Below, piece by piece: positions 11,851-24,924 of a DNA stretch of 64,000 bases. The translations under genes and the position numbers were made by a program. The stretch comes from Octopus sinensis (Eukaryota). Location: the NCBI RefSeq assembly GCF_006345805.1, contig NC_043000.1, positions 107,508,001 to 107,572,000 on the forward strand, given 5' to 3'. Every line of letters starts with the position of its first letter. Position 1 is the first letter of the stretch. Under the pieces are notes generated by a model that made no database searches, was not told the origin of the DNA, and saw only the letters and a list, made by a program, of their open reading frames with translations.

Positions 11851-12480
11851 CCAGAATGGTTGATAAGTAGAATCACAAGATCGTTGGACAAAATGCCTTG
11901 TGGTATTTCTTCTGGCTCGCTACGTACTCGCTTAAAATCCCGCCGAGGTCAAGTTTGCTTTTCATTATTTTTAGCTTCACATCACATTTGAATGAACACA
12001 CCAATAATCAAGATAATTTCATTTCCATTCGTAATTATCTCGTATTTTTCATTGTGAAAACTACGAATTTCTATGTATCTCTCTTTATGTAGGACGAGAT
12101 GGTTTGATTTAAGGGAAGTTCGACTACTATTTCTGGGAGTTCGAACGACAGTGTAGAAATTCTGTTTTTGGCTCAGAATCGTCCATTGATGTTTGATACT
12201 TTATCAATGATACTGCATGGTTGGTACTCACCTGATTTCTTTACATAGAATATTGGATGGTTTCTGTTTTATGTTGTTTCTGTGTTTCAAACAGATTTTA
12301 GTGAACTCTTTTTTATGTTAGATGGCAAACTCAGTCTGGTTTATGGCTGTTTATAGACATCGATTTCTTTTTAAGTACAGAGACCATGTTTTTTGATGAC
12401 CAGTTTGTTTTCTTAGTTTTGGCTTACTTCATGGTCACTGTCGATATATTTATATGTGTGTGTGTGTATGTGTGTGTGTG

Positions 12481-12956
12481 TTTGTGTGAAGTCGTACGGC
12501 TCTGTGTTTAGAGCGTCGAGCTTACGATCGTGAGGTTGTGAGTTCGATTCACGGACCGGGCTGCGTGTTGTGCTCTTGAGCAAGACACGTTATTACACGG
12601 TGCTCCAGTTCAGTCAGCTTTAGAAATGAGTTGCGACGTTGCCTTTCCCTTGGATAACATCGGTGGCATGAATAGGGTAGGCTGGTATGCATGGGCAACT
12701 GCTGGTCTTCCATAAAGACAACCCTGGGTTGTGCGTTCGCCGGCGAGGCGACTTTCCGCCCAAAGTTGTACCCCGTAGGGGAACCCCTAAGGTGCACCGA
12801 TTGTCATTCGTGACGGAGTCGCGTTCTTTATATATAGTTGGTTGGGTTTGGATTTTGGGTGGTTGGTCGGTTGGTTGGTAGGTTGATTTCTTCTGTCACG
12901 CTTTATATCCGTGAAAGAAGCTCGTCGTTTATATATATATATGTGTGTGTGTGTGT

Positions 12957-12994
<38 letters not shown>

Positions 12995-13439
12995 TGTGAA
13001 GTCGTACGGCTCTGTGTTTAGAGCGTCGAGCTTACGATCGTGAGGTTGTGAGTTCGATTCACGGACCGGGCTGCGTGTTGTGCTCTTGAGCAAGACACGT
13101 TATTACACGGTGCTCCAGTTCAGTCAGCTTTAGAAATGAGTTGCGACGTTGCCTTTCCCTTGGATAACATCGGTGGCATGAATAGGGTAGGCTGGTATGC
13201 ATGGGCAACTGCTGGTCTTCCATAAAGACAACCCTGGGTTGTGCGTTCGCCGGCGAGGCGACTTTCCGCCCAAAGTTGTACCCCGTAGGGGAACCCCTAA
13301 GGTGCACCGATTGTCATTCGTGACGGAGTCGCGTTCTTTATATATAGTTGGTTGGGTTTGGATTTTGGGTGGTTGGTCGGTTGGTTGGTAGGTTGATTTC
13401 TTCTGTCACGCTTTATATCCGTGAAAGAAGCTCGTCGTT

Positions 13440-13455
<16 letters not shown>
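12481..13455. repeat. Perfect tandem duplication, period 510 bp, each unit carrying a decayed family-B SINE (+)
   Basis: Unique parts 12481-12943 and 12991-13453 look identical (ORF track gives identical peptides 510 bp apart). Units are bounded by (GT)n. Confidence 0.95.
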
Positions 13456-13477
<22 letters not shown>

Positions 13478-13742
13478 AGTGTGTGTGTGCGCGCGTATAC
13501 GTGCGTGTGTGCGTGTGTGTGTGTATTTTTATGTGTCTGTGTTTTTCCCCCACCATCGTTTGACAAGCGATGCTGTTGTGTTCACGTCCCCATTATCTAG
13601 CGGCGGTTCGGCAAAAGCGACCAATATAATAAATGCTAGGCTTACAAAGGATAAGTCCTGGGGTCGATTTGTTCGACTAAAAGCAGTGCTCCAGCATGGC
13701 CGCAGTCAAATGACTGAAACAAATAAAAGAATAAAAGAATAT
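13420..13742 (+). mobile_element. SINE family C, 3' part with internal (TA)/(GT) microsatellite
   Basis: gaaagaagctcgtcg-(ta)(gt)n-...gcggttcggcaaaag...ccagcatggccgcagtcaaatgactgaaacaaataaaaga. Confidence 0.85.
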
Positions 13743-14044
13743 GTTAAATGAAAAAGCATACATGTATATTGCTGTCCATAAAATTTTAATGAGGCAAATA
13801 CTATGAACAACACTATGAAGACGTCGAACCGTAAAATTAATTATACAGGAGGAAAAAAAAAATTAATATTGAATATTGTATGGGAATATATGAGCGTACT
13901 GTTTTATCTTCAGGGATTTTAGGTGAGAATATATTGCTTTGCGAAGGAAATTGTTGTGGATATAATACAAGAGAAATTTCATGTTGGTAATGTCCTTCCG
14001 CATCAATTTCTCTCTTCTGCAACATTCTTTACACTCGTCTTCTT

Positions 14045-14350
14045 TTCCTTCATTTCCTTCCTTCCTTCCTTCCTTCCTTCCTTTATTTCTTTCCTTCCTT
14101 CCTTCCTTCCTTCCTTCCTTCCTTCCTTCCTTCCTTCTTCCTTCCTTCCTTCCTCCTTCCTTCCTTCCTTCCTTCTTTCCTTCCTTCCTTCCTTCCTTCT
14201 TCCTTCCTTCCTTCCTTCCTTCCTTCCTTCCTTCCTTCCTTCTTCCTTCCTTCCTTCCTTCCTTCCTTCCTTCCTTCCTTCCTTCCTTCCTTCCTTCCTT
14301 CCTTCCTTCCTTCCTTCCTTCCTTCCTTCCTTATTTCTTTCTTTCTTTCT

Positions 14351-14423
<73 letters not shown>

Positions 14424-14424
14424 T
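14045..14424. repeat. (TTCC)n followed by (TTTC)n
   Basis: Direct tetranucleotide arrays; they account for ORFs 13923-14456, 13981-14442 and 14003-14428. Confidence 0.98.
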
Positions 14425-14506
14425 CCATGCATGTGTATGTGAGTGCTCTTATATAATATATATGTGTATATATTCATATATATATACATACTTATAAGCG
14501 TACATA

Positions 14507-14539
<33 letters not shown>

Positions 14540-15087
14540 CACACACATATATTCATGGCATACTTAAAATAATAAATCCATATCAAATACAAGCGCGAAT
14601 TCCTGGTCGTCTTTCATACCGACTTGACGTATATGTCATTGGTAAAGTAACATTCCCAGAACTAGGTATTCCCTTGAGAACAAGAAAATCCTTCACCATC
14701 TCTTATTTGCTGTGCTACAGTCAGATCTAGAGTGACACGATGCCTAAAAATCTATCAAATTAACTTATTTTTACACACAGAAGCAAACACAAGCATACAC
14801 AATACGCGCGCGCAGAAACTCACGCACACATACACGCACACGCGCATATACATACATAAACACGTAAACAGACGTAAACACGTAATCCATATGTCCTCTT
14901 ACCCACACAATATACGCACTGATCTATAGATGTGCTGTTTCTTCTCGCCGCTTCTTTGTCAGTCCTACAATAACGTTTGCTCCTATAAACTTGCAAACCA
15001 AACTCGTCTTTTTCATTACAGGGTCACTCTCGACACACTTGCCTTTATTCTTTTCTCCTCACTTCTTACCACACAGCCACGCTGCGC

Positions 15088-15129
<42 letters not shown>

Positions 15130-15157
15130 ACACACACGCACACACACACACACATAT

Positions 15158-15466
15158 GGAAGCGCAGTGACTCAGTGGTTAGGGCAGCGGACTCGCGGTT
15201 GTAGGATCGCAGTATCGATTCCCAGACCGGGCGTTGTGTGTGTTTATTAAGCGAAAATACCTAAAGCTCCACGAGGCTCCGGCAGGGGGTGGTGGCGATC
15301 TTTGCTATATTCTTTCGCCACAACTTTCTCTCACTCTTTCTTCTGTTGGCCTGGTCGCTTAGCCAGCGGGGTGGCGTCATTTGAAGGCTAAAACAATGCG
15401 AAGCGCATTGTGACCAGCGATGTGTAAGCAACATCTGATAGCCTGGTAGGTCACGGTGATCACGGT
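15158..15466 (+). mobile_element. tRNA-derived SINE, family A
   Basis: Homologous to the reverse complement of 1972-2278. Confidence 0.9.
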
Positions 15467-15472
15467 TATATG

Positions 15473-15521
<49 letters not shown>

Positions 15522-15574
15522 ATGTGTGTGCATGTGTGTGTGTGTGTGTGTGTGCGGTGTGTGTGCTTGTGTGC

Positions 15575-15775
15575 TTGTATGTTTGTGTCGGTGATTGTTC
15601 CCAAACACCGCTTGACAATCGGTGTTGGTGTGTTTATGTCTCCGCAACTTAGCGGTCCAGCGAACGAGGCCGACAGAATAAATATCAGGTTTTTTTTTTA
15701 ACAAAAAAAGAAAAGTACTGGGGTCGATTGTTCTGGCTGCAGTCTAATGAATGAAACAAGAGATTAAAGATAAAA
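15575..15775 (+). mobile_element. SINE family C, decayed 3' part
   Basis: caacttagcggtcc...gacagaataa...ggggtcgatt...gcagtctaatgaatgaaacaagaga. Confidence 0.7.
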
Positions 15776-16509
15776 AAAAAATATCGATATGGAAGTGAAT
15801 GTTAAATGTTGATATTTGGCAAAAAGTTTTCTTCTTCAGAAATGAAACACACTGTAGCATACATAGAGAAATATGGAATAGTTAGTTTGATACTGTTTGA
15901 GGGTAATGCAAAAGTTACTTTCAGGATCGATGACTTTGTTTTCTTTTAAACTGTGTTTGTGTAACAATGAACTGTTTAAAAGGGAATCGAGTTAAAAGGA
16001 GAGACAGAGTTTTCTGGTAAAAATATACATACATGATAGGGCGAAAAGCTTTGGGAAGAGAGAGAGTGAACGAGAGATAGAGAGAAATCTCTATAGATTA
16101 ATGATTTTCTAAACAGACACACACACGTGTTATACATGCACACCATCCATCAATACAGATTAATTTATAAATGAGAAATAAATTCAGAGTGTATTTTCCG
16201 GTATCTATAGCGTTAATTCTTTGCTAAAATAAGTCTCTAAAAATCTGCTAGGTACACTAGAGCCAATTCTTACTCAGGAAAAGGATTATATATACTAGAT
16301 AGTAGTTTAAACACCTGTATGCGATCTCTGAATGACGTGCGTACATTATACTCAGTTAATAAAGAAACAAACGCATCAATAATTTTTATGTTCTGTTTCT
16401 ACATTGCATAACGGATTTTAACGAGGCATTAACAAGCGACAAAAGAAGTAGAATTGCAGTATGTTAAATGTTATCTGTTAAATCTTATTAATAATAGGGT
16501 TATCGATAG

Positions 16510-16722
16510 CAGTGAGCTGGCAAAATCGTTAGCATGCCGGGAAAAATGATTAGCCACATTTTGTTCAATTTTACATTCTGAGTTTAAATCCTGCCGAAGT
16601 CAACTTTTCATTTCATCCTTTCGAAATCGATAAAATAAGTACCAGTTTAACACTGGGGTCGATGTAATCGACTAGCACCTTCCCGAAACTTGCTGCCCCT
16701 GTACCAAAATTTGAAATCAATA
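16510..16722 (+). mobile_element. tRNA-derived SINE, family D
   Basis: gagctggcaaaatcgttagcatgccggg...gagtttaaatcc...cactggggtcgatgtaatcgact...ccaaaatttgaaa. Confidence 0.85.
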
Positions 16723-17083
16723 ATAGGGTCATCGTAATAAGTAATGATTCATTTTGCATGTTGTGTTGTGATGGAAAGTGTTCCGTTCATTTAGTAACAC
16801 CGAGTAACGGTGATAACAGATATCCACATTCTTAAAAAAAAAAGAAGAAAGAAAAATTCAAACTTGATTTTAAAGAAAAGACCATAAATCAAACCTAGCG
16901 GTTTATAAAAATGATTTCAAAACTGTACATGACACGTCACTCAACTTTGTGGAATATCGAAATGTTGGTGTTTGCAGTTATCTAAAAATGATTAGCAATT
17001 TTCACAAAAAATTCAGTAAAATTTATTCTTTGTTTCTTTACCAGCCCATGCTTCATTCCTTTCATGATACTATCTGTGAATTA

Positions 17084-17287
17084 CGAGTGGGTGCTGAAAA
17101 TTTCCTGCCTTTAAGGGTTTCCCGAAAGGTCTGGTTGGTGGCTCAAACTTCCGAGTTCTTTCACAAGGCTTAAAAAAAACTGAAGGAATGCTGTAATACG
17201 TGTGTGAATCTGAAAGGGAAATATGTTGACTAAAATCATCCTGTATTTTCTTTTGCCCAAAGACAGGAACTTTTAAGCGCCCTCTCT
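17084..17287 (+). mobile_element. Mariner-derived MITE (204 bp)
   Basis: 24-bp imperfect TIRs (cgagtgggtgctgaaaatttcctg / caggaacttttaagcgccctctct) with TA on both sides. It retains the transposase C-terminus KLKECCNTCVNLKGKYVD*. Confidence 0.8.
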
Positions 17288-17294
17288 TATATCT

Positions 17295-17800
17295 GATGGC
17301 ATCATTGCGCCATTTTATCGTGATACTAACTTCAGCGTAAATATTGAGGATATTTACCTTGAAGTATGCTCCTTCGATAGTGTAGGTTATTTCAACGTGA
17401 GGTTGGTTACCAAAGACTAAATCAGGGTATGTATAGACCTTACTATATTTTTGGACTACAGAACCATAGTAAGTCGAAGAGCTTCAAGGAAAGCAGAATC
17501 GATTGCTTTTTTGTATTCCATCCAAACTGTGACCAAGTACCTGCTATGATATCGCACATCTGATAACACAGTTTTGTTAACTAGAAAACGCTCAAGGTAT
17601 CCCAAAACTATTTCCTTCCCAACTGATTATTCTGCAATAATGATAGTGTTATCACAGTGATTCAGAAGTAGCTCCATACAGGTTGTATACATTTTTACAT
17701 TAAATAGTGGCATGTAATTAGTCGAGAATATCGCCATTGACAATCTATGCTTCGATGTAACACAAGAAATGCGTTTTCTTAGTATTTTCTCTAGGTACAC
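17295..17800 (-). pseudogene. Decayed non-LTR retrotransposon RT fragment, R4/Dong-like
   Basis: Hand translation ELLLNHCDNTIIIAE*SVGKEIVLGYLERFLVNKTVLSDVRYHSRYLVTVWMEYKKAIDS..LEALRL resembles the HC..N.II..EQ.G...LINK.VL...WLDY.KAFDS block. Clade assignment is from memory. Confidence 0.55.
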
Positions 17801-18100
17801 TTCACCCTAACAAAACTCATTTTTCTATCTCTAGATTTTTGCAGAATTATCTATGTCTTCTTGTGAATCCTAAGTAACATTTATTAAATATCCCCACCTT
17901 CATAGTACAGTAAACTGCTGATTTGTTTTCACTGAATTTTTACAAAAAAATTCTTAGTTTGTCCGACAAATACGTTCGTATTTTTTATTTGGCTATTCCA
18001 TAGTCATTTATCTGAAAAGAGGCAAAATTTATTCGAACTTCAAAAAGTGATAAACGAAAGTTCTACGAAGGATAGAGTTACAAACCCAATAAAGCACTAC

Positions 18101-18308
18101 TCTTTTACTCTTTTACTTGTTTCAGTCATTTGACTGCGGTCATGCTGAAGCACCGCCTTTAGTCAAGCAAATCGACCCCTGGACTTATTCTTTGTAAGCC
18201 TAGTACTTATTCTATCGGTCTCTTTTGCCGAACCGCTAAGTTACGGGGACGTAAACACACCAGTATCGGTTGTGAAGCGATGTTGGGGGGACAAATACAG
18301 ACACACAA

Positions 18309-18339
<31 letters not shown>

Positions 18340-18513
18340 TATATATACATATATACTACGGGCTTCTTTCAGTTTCCGTCTACCAAATCCACTCATAAGG
18401 CTTTGGTCAGCCCGAGACTATTGTAGAAGACATTTGCTCATGGTGCCACGCAGTGGGACTGAACCCGGAACCATGTGGTTGGTAAGCAAGCTACTTACCA
18501 CACAACCATTCCT
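18101..18513 (-). mobile_element. tRNA-derived SINE, family C, full length
   Basis: Head tggttgtgtggtaag (A box), gggttcagtccc (B box), internal (CA)/(TA) tract, tail ggcggtgcttcagcatgaccgcagtcaaatgactgaaacaagtaaaagag. Confidence 0.92.
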
Positions 18514-18889
18514 TTTTATATAATACTTTTTTTGTATTAATTCAAATAACATTTACAAAGGATTAAAATACATTCCAGCTACGAAAAAAACAAACAAAAA
18601 CAAAACAAAACAAAACAAAAACCCATAAACAAAAACGAACGAATTTATCTCACAACTCAACATCTTTCTTTTATCGATTCTCCTCTCGTAGTCAACCTTA
18701 AATCCCTATTTGAGATGGATCAACGCTTTCAGTTTACAAGTCCTAAAATTTATATCTGTTTTATTTTCGATTATTTTGTAGTACCAGGTTCTCCTATGCC
18801 CACCACTACTAAACTCCGTTTACCTTCCTCGATATTCTTTTTCAGTTCTCTGGTACTGATGTAGTTTGTCCAATCACGGTGTTTTTTTT

Positions 18890-19277
18890 TTTATATCTTT
18901 TATCTTTTGCTTGTTTCAGTCATTAGACTGCAGCCATGCTGGGGCACGACCATGAAGGATTTAGCCCAACCAAGCGACATCAGAACTTATTTTAAAAAGA
19001 AGTTTGGTACTTATTCAATAGGGCTCTTTTGCCGAACCGCTAGATGATGGGGACATAAACAAACCAACACTACTTTTCAATCAAACGGTGGTGGACAAGC
19101 ACAAAGATAAACACACAGACACACAGACGCACACACACACAAATTCCAAATATACTCACAAGGCTTTGGTCAATCCGTGGCTGTAGTAGAAGGCGCTTGA
19201 CCAAGGCGCCAGACAGTGGAATTGAACCCATGACCATCTGCTTGGAAAGTAAACTCACACAGCTCCACCAATGCCTA
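18890..19277 (-). mobile_element. SINE family C, older variant
   Basis: Same head, body and tail order as 18101-18513, more diverged. Confidence 0.85.
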
Positions 19278-20167
19278 TTTGTAGAAAACCATTGCAACGT
19301 GAATTTAAATTTGAGATAAATATCTCGACATTCTTAAACAAAAGATTCCTTCAATGAACGTGATTAGAACATTAGCAATTGTATTTAACAAGACTAATAA
19401 ACGTGGCATTAATATTGGAGAGTATTCATTGGAAATTCAATGAAGAGACTCCTACGCGTAGCATTTGTCTGTTCGTGCCGAGTGTCAGAGAAGGTACCTG
19501 TATCTGTATGTACTGTATGCATGTATGTGCGTATGCTTATACCTGTGCATGTATGTTTATGTGTGTGTTTGTGTCTGTGTGTATGTGTATCTGTGTTTGT
19601 CAGTGTGAAAATGGAATGTTCTAACGACAGAATAATTTCAAAGATAAATATACGGTAAGTTGACAAATAAATTGGTGTAGAAGGGACATTGGTAGAGAAA
19701 TATTTAGCTAATGAAAGCCATAAGGAAGAAAGAAGGAAGGGAAATCACGGAGAGAATTGGAAAAAAAAAAGGACAGTTTGTTGTTGCAGCAGCAGCAGCA
19801 GAAGAAGAAGAAAAAACGTAGAAGGCATAGAAGTAGTAGTAGTAGTAATAAAAGATGATGTACTGAAAATAGAAGAAGTAAAACATGAAAATGAAGTAGT
19901 CGAAGTAGTATAAGAAGAAGATGAAGAAGAATAAGACGAAGAGAAGCCGGTGAGACCTAGGAGAAGGAGTAGAAAATGTAGATGATGAAATAGAAAGGGG
20001 ATAAATCATTGAAAGATAAATAAATAAAAAGAGAGCTGTTGACGAACTTAAAGAAAGATACAGGAATAAACAGCACTTCCTCTACCAAGGAACCTTTTTA
20101 CTTAAATGAATCATCCCACGGACCCAATACATACATGCATGCATACATACATACATACATACATACA

Positions 20168-20198
<31 letters not shown>

Positions 20199-20239
20199 GT
20201 ACATATGTATATATATATATATTACATGCATACATACAC

Positions 20240-20291
<52 letters not shown>

Positions 20292-20424
20292 TATATATAT
20301 ATGTACATATATATAAGTATATGTATGTGTACATATATACATTGTTATATATATATATATGTCTCTTTGTATTCATATATATATATATATATATTACAAA
20401 CACACTATCGTATACATACATATA

Positions 20425-20477
<53 letters not shown>

Positions 20478-21077
20478 GTATATATATATGTATATATATA
20501 TATATGTATATATATATATGCATGCATACAGGTGTGCATACACAATAGATGGGTAGACGGAGAATCGATGCAAAATAAATGACGGGAGAGAAAGAAATGA
20601 AAGAAAGACAGGAAGGAGAAATACGCAGGCAAGAAAAGAAAAGATTATCAAGACAGATTGGGGAAGACAAAAACATATCACTTTATGGAAAATATCATTT
20701 TCAACCTACGCAAAAGCATACTCTTACACCCACACAATCTCAGAGATATCTCCATGCGCAGCGAACACTTCCGCGCAAGTCTCTCTGTATCTGTCTGTCT
20801 GTCTGTCTCTCTATATATTTAATAATTTTATATAATGTGTGTGGATATGTATGTATGTATCTATACAATATATGACTGTGTGGTGTATCGGGTAAGCCGC
20901 TTATTATAATCAGATTGAAACGCTGTCTTTTAGTTATCATTCACCGACTGATAAGATGAAGCAGATGTTACATCGATATTATGGACAGAGTGTTGTGACC
21001 CTCTAATTTTCTTTTATTACAATATCCGTTTGATAACATTGTCACTGGACATAATATGTAGCTTCCACTATATATAT

Positions 21078-21157
<80 letters not shown>

Positions 21158-21167
21158 TATATATAAC

Positions 21168-21304
21168 ACGGTTCTTTCAGTTTCCGCCTACGAAATCCAC
21201 TCAGACAGCTTTAGTCGGCCTAAGGCGATAGTAGAAGACGATTGCCCCTAAGATGTGACGTAGTAGGGACCTTGTGGTGGGGAAGTAAGCTTCTTACCAT
21301 ACAT

Positions 21305-21306
<2 letters not shown>
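21168..21306 (-). mobile_element. SINE family C, decayed 5' part
   Basis: tttcagtttccgcctacgaaatccactca...gtagaagac...cttcttacca. Confidence 0.75.
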
Positions 21307-21363
<57 letters not shown>

Positions 21364-21365
21364 CT

Positions 21366-24357
21366 AAATATTGGGGGCCTGTTGCATCAAAATAGAAACA
21401 AAATTTCTTTCCTGAGAGATCTTACTGCATGCAATCAAGCCCTATGCATAGCACTTGTGGAAACTCACCTCAACCTTGATATAGAGGACGCAGAAGTACA
21501 CATACCAAACTATGCCATACTGCGAACAGACAGAAGGGAAAGGAGCCATGGTGGAGTTGCTGTATACATCCGAGATTACCTCACACCCCAGGTCTTGATG
21601 ACATACTCAAATTCGGTATGTGACACCTTAATTGTATACATAAGACAACATAATATAGTCATATGCAATAGATATTGCCCACCGGATGCCCCAAATCACA
21701 TAGGTAAGTTTGAAGATTGCCTCACAAGAATTAAAGAAATCCTCATGAATCTGGAAGACCACGTGACCATATTTCTTATGGGTGATTTCAACTTCCCCAA
21801 TGTCAAATGGCCCGAATGAATCAGGAATGAATCATTGCAAGCAAGTACAGGTGGAGTCCCTGCTCAACCTCACCAATGCCTTATTCATGGAGCAAGTTGT
21901 ACTCAAGCCAACTAGGGCGAATAACATTCTGGATATCTGCTTCACGAACAATATGGACATCATTCATGATGTGAAAGTGACACCGACATCAGTTTCGGAT
22001 CACAACATAATAGAGCTGTCTATGTTTGGGCCGAAAGTGACCAGAGACATACAGTCTAAAGGAAGCACCCGAAATCTCTCCAATCTGAACTTCCACAAAG
22101 CAGATTGGAAATCGATCCCAAAAGAGATCCTCAAAGAGGACTGGCCGGAATGTCTCTCAACACCAGACATTGACATGAAACTAGAATGTTTCATGTCTTC
22201 TGTGCAAGCCGTATGCCAGAAATATGTCCCAGAGCACAAGGCCAAAACAAATAGGTGCAAGATTCCAAGAGACAGGAAGATCCTCATGAGACGACGGACG
22301 AAGGTTGCAAATCGTCTCAACCAACATCCCAAAAGTAGCGAAACGTCCCGCCTAAAAACAACACTGATGGAGATCGAAAAAAGGCTGCAACAATCCTATG
22401 TGAAGGAAAAAGCAGACAAAGAAGCCTGGGTTATAAAAAACATTAAATCAAACCCAAAGGCCTTCTTTCATTACGCGAAAGAAACAGTCTCAGTACACGA
22501 CAAGATAGGACCCCTCCTCCAAAAGGATGGCTCCCTCACAGACAGTCCAACTATGATCAGTGAGATGCTGAATGGCCAGTTCAAAAGTGTCTTTACCACC
22601 CCGCTGGAACACAGACAAGTAAACGAACCTGTGGACTTCTTTGCCGCCTCACCTATAACCAGCGAGGCGGTTACAATTGAATGTATTGACATTAGCGAAA
22701 AAGATGTCCTACTAGCCATAGATGAAGTGGACACAAACTCAGCTGCTGGTCCAGACGGTTTCCCAGCCATCCTCCTCAAAGCGTGTTAGCATGCCCTGGC
22801 AAAACGCCCCAAGATTCTCTTCCAGAGCTTTCTTGCGAATGGCAAACTGCCAAGCAAGCTGAAGGAGGGAATAATATGCCCAATACATAAAGGGGGAAGT
22901 AGAGCAGATGCCCAAAACTATAGGCCTATCTCTCTGACTTCACACATCAGCAAAGTCATGGAAAGGATAGTCAGAAAGAAACTAATCGCATTCCTTGAGG
23001 AAAATGACTTGCTGAGTAATACCCAGCATGGTTTTCGACCAGGTAGGAGCTGCCTGACGCAGCTCTTACAGCATTATGACTGGGTGCTGAGGCAGTTACT
23101 CAATAAATCAAATGTGGACGTAATCTACCTTGATTTTGCAAAAGCTTTTGACAAAGTGATCATGGTATGATATGCCACAAACTACGTGACCTCGGCATAG
23201 CTGGAAAACTTGGAGTGTGGTTGCATGACTTCCTGAACGATAGGAGTCAGGCAGTAGTGGTTAATGGAGCCACCTCTATGAACACACAAATAGTGAGCGG
23301 TGTTCCACAGGGCACTGTCTTGGGACCACTGCTTTTTATAGTGGCCCTCTCAGATATGCCCTCAAATGCCCGGATAGCCACTCTGGCCAGCTATGCAGAC
23401 GATACGAAAGTCTCGCAGAAAATACAGAACCCCAGCGATGTTGCACACCTGCAGCAGGAGTTGGACTCAATCTACAGATGGGCTGAGGATAATAATATGC
23501 AGTTTAATGCTGAAAAATTTCAGGCCCTGCGCTACCAGCATCCAAAACTGAATATTAAACTTACAGGAATTTCAATCCCAGAGCCTAAGTCTGTGAGGGA
23601 CCTGGGTATCGACATGAGTGATGATACCTCTTTCCAAGTGCACATTACCAGGATGGCGACAAAGTGCAGACGACTGGCTGGGTGGATCCTAAGAACATTC
23701 AGAACCAGAGATAAGGAAACCATGATGGTTCTCTGGCGGACATTCGTCCTCAGTCGCCTGGATTACTGCTCACAGCTATGGTCACCCACCAGTGTAAAAT
23801 TAACAGCAGACCTTGAAGCAATCCAGAGAAGATTCACAAAGAAGATCGTCTCTTTGCAACAGCTCAGCTACTGAGAAAGGTTGAAACAGCTAAGACTCTA
23901 CTCCCTGGAGAGAAGACGGGAGAGGTATGCAGTAATATATGTCTGAAAGATCCTGGAAGGAATTGTGCCAAATTTTAGCATTGTAAGCTACACCAATGCT
24001 AGAACGGGACGACACTGCATAGTGCCAAAGATCCCAGCAATGCCATCACGCTTCAGGACCAGCTTCTGCAACAGCCTGGGTTTCAAGGGCCCACAGCTTT
24101 TTAATATTCTCCCAAAGAGTCTGAGGAACTTGCACAAAGTAGATGTAGCGGTTTTTAAATCAAAGCTGGACATCTTCCTGTCAAGAGTCCCAGATGAACC
24201 TACCTCACGGCAAGAGGTGTAAATGAGAGTAGCTCTATCAAACTCCATTCTTCACCAAGTGCCACATATTAGACGAGGTTCGTCGCAATAACAGTGTAGC
24301 ACAAAACGGCGGTGCATCAGCATGGCCGCAGCTCTGAGCTGAAACTAGAAAAAAAAT
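21366..24357 (+). mobile_element. CR1-group LINE, ORF2 (APE endonuclease plus RT), 5'-truncated and inactivated
   Basis: ALVETHL, GGVAVYI, MGDFNFP (EN); NYRPISLTSHISKVMERIV, QHGFRPGRSCLTQL, YLDFAKAFDKV, GVPQGTVLGPLLF, YADD, LERRRERY. Frameshifts near 21820 and 23160; stops at 22787, 23872 and about 23945; structured 3' tail plus poly(A). Confidence 0.95.
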
Positions 24358-24570
24358 ATATGCATATATACATACAAATATGTATATAAGTACATATATA
24401 TGTATATACATATGGATATATAGGTACAGAACGTCATAAATCGTAAACAACATGAATAAGAACTTTTTTGCGAATAACGAAAGAAACAAATAGAAAACAA
24501 GTAACATAAAGAATGACCCTTTGTCAGTTGTTGGCTGTTTAATTTACTCTACATTTCGAGCAATTACGAG
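24358..24570 (-). mobile_element. Fragment of a non-coding repeat family with HHR-like half motifs (relatives at 28160-28860 and 57230-57960)
   Basis: Reverse complement gctcGAAATGTAgagtaaattaaacagccaacaaCTGACAAagggtc...tttatgacgttctgtacc aligns to 28620-28800. Confidence 0.6.
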
Positions 24571-24841
24571 TACCCATACATATATATGTACATATATGTA
24601 TATATGCATATATATATATATATATATATAAATATATATATATAAGTAGTTGAATGAATTATCCTAGTATGGATAATTCGGTTTAACCGATACCTGAGTA
24701 GCAAATTCACGTCAGAAAATACGGTTGAAGCTACATGCCAAGGGCAGAGATCACGTGCTTTCGTGTGGAAATTTGTGTGTTTTTTTTACTATAAATAAAT
24801 GAAAGAATGGAGTTGAACGACGATTTAACAAAATTCCTTTA

Positions 24842-24924
24842 TTCTCGACATATGTTTCGAAGACTGCTTATTCCTAATTCCGAAAGAATAAGGGGTGCAT
24901 TATGCCGCCTTCTCATCAGGAAAG
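24842..24924 (-). ncRNA. Type I hammerhead ribozyme in the 3' pLTR, GUC cleavage
   Basis: tttc-CTGATGA-gaaggc...gtcttc-GAAA-C-atat-GTC-gaga: 6-bp stem II and palindromic stem III ACATATGT. Confidence 0.85.

Noticed and set aside
13923-14456. ORFs of 141-177 aa (FLPS / KEGR repeats), and likewise all IYIY, HTHT, LSIY and poly-L/R ORFs
   Set aside because: Translations of microsatellites.
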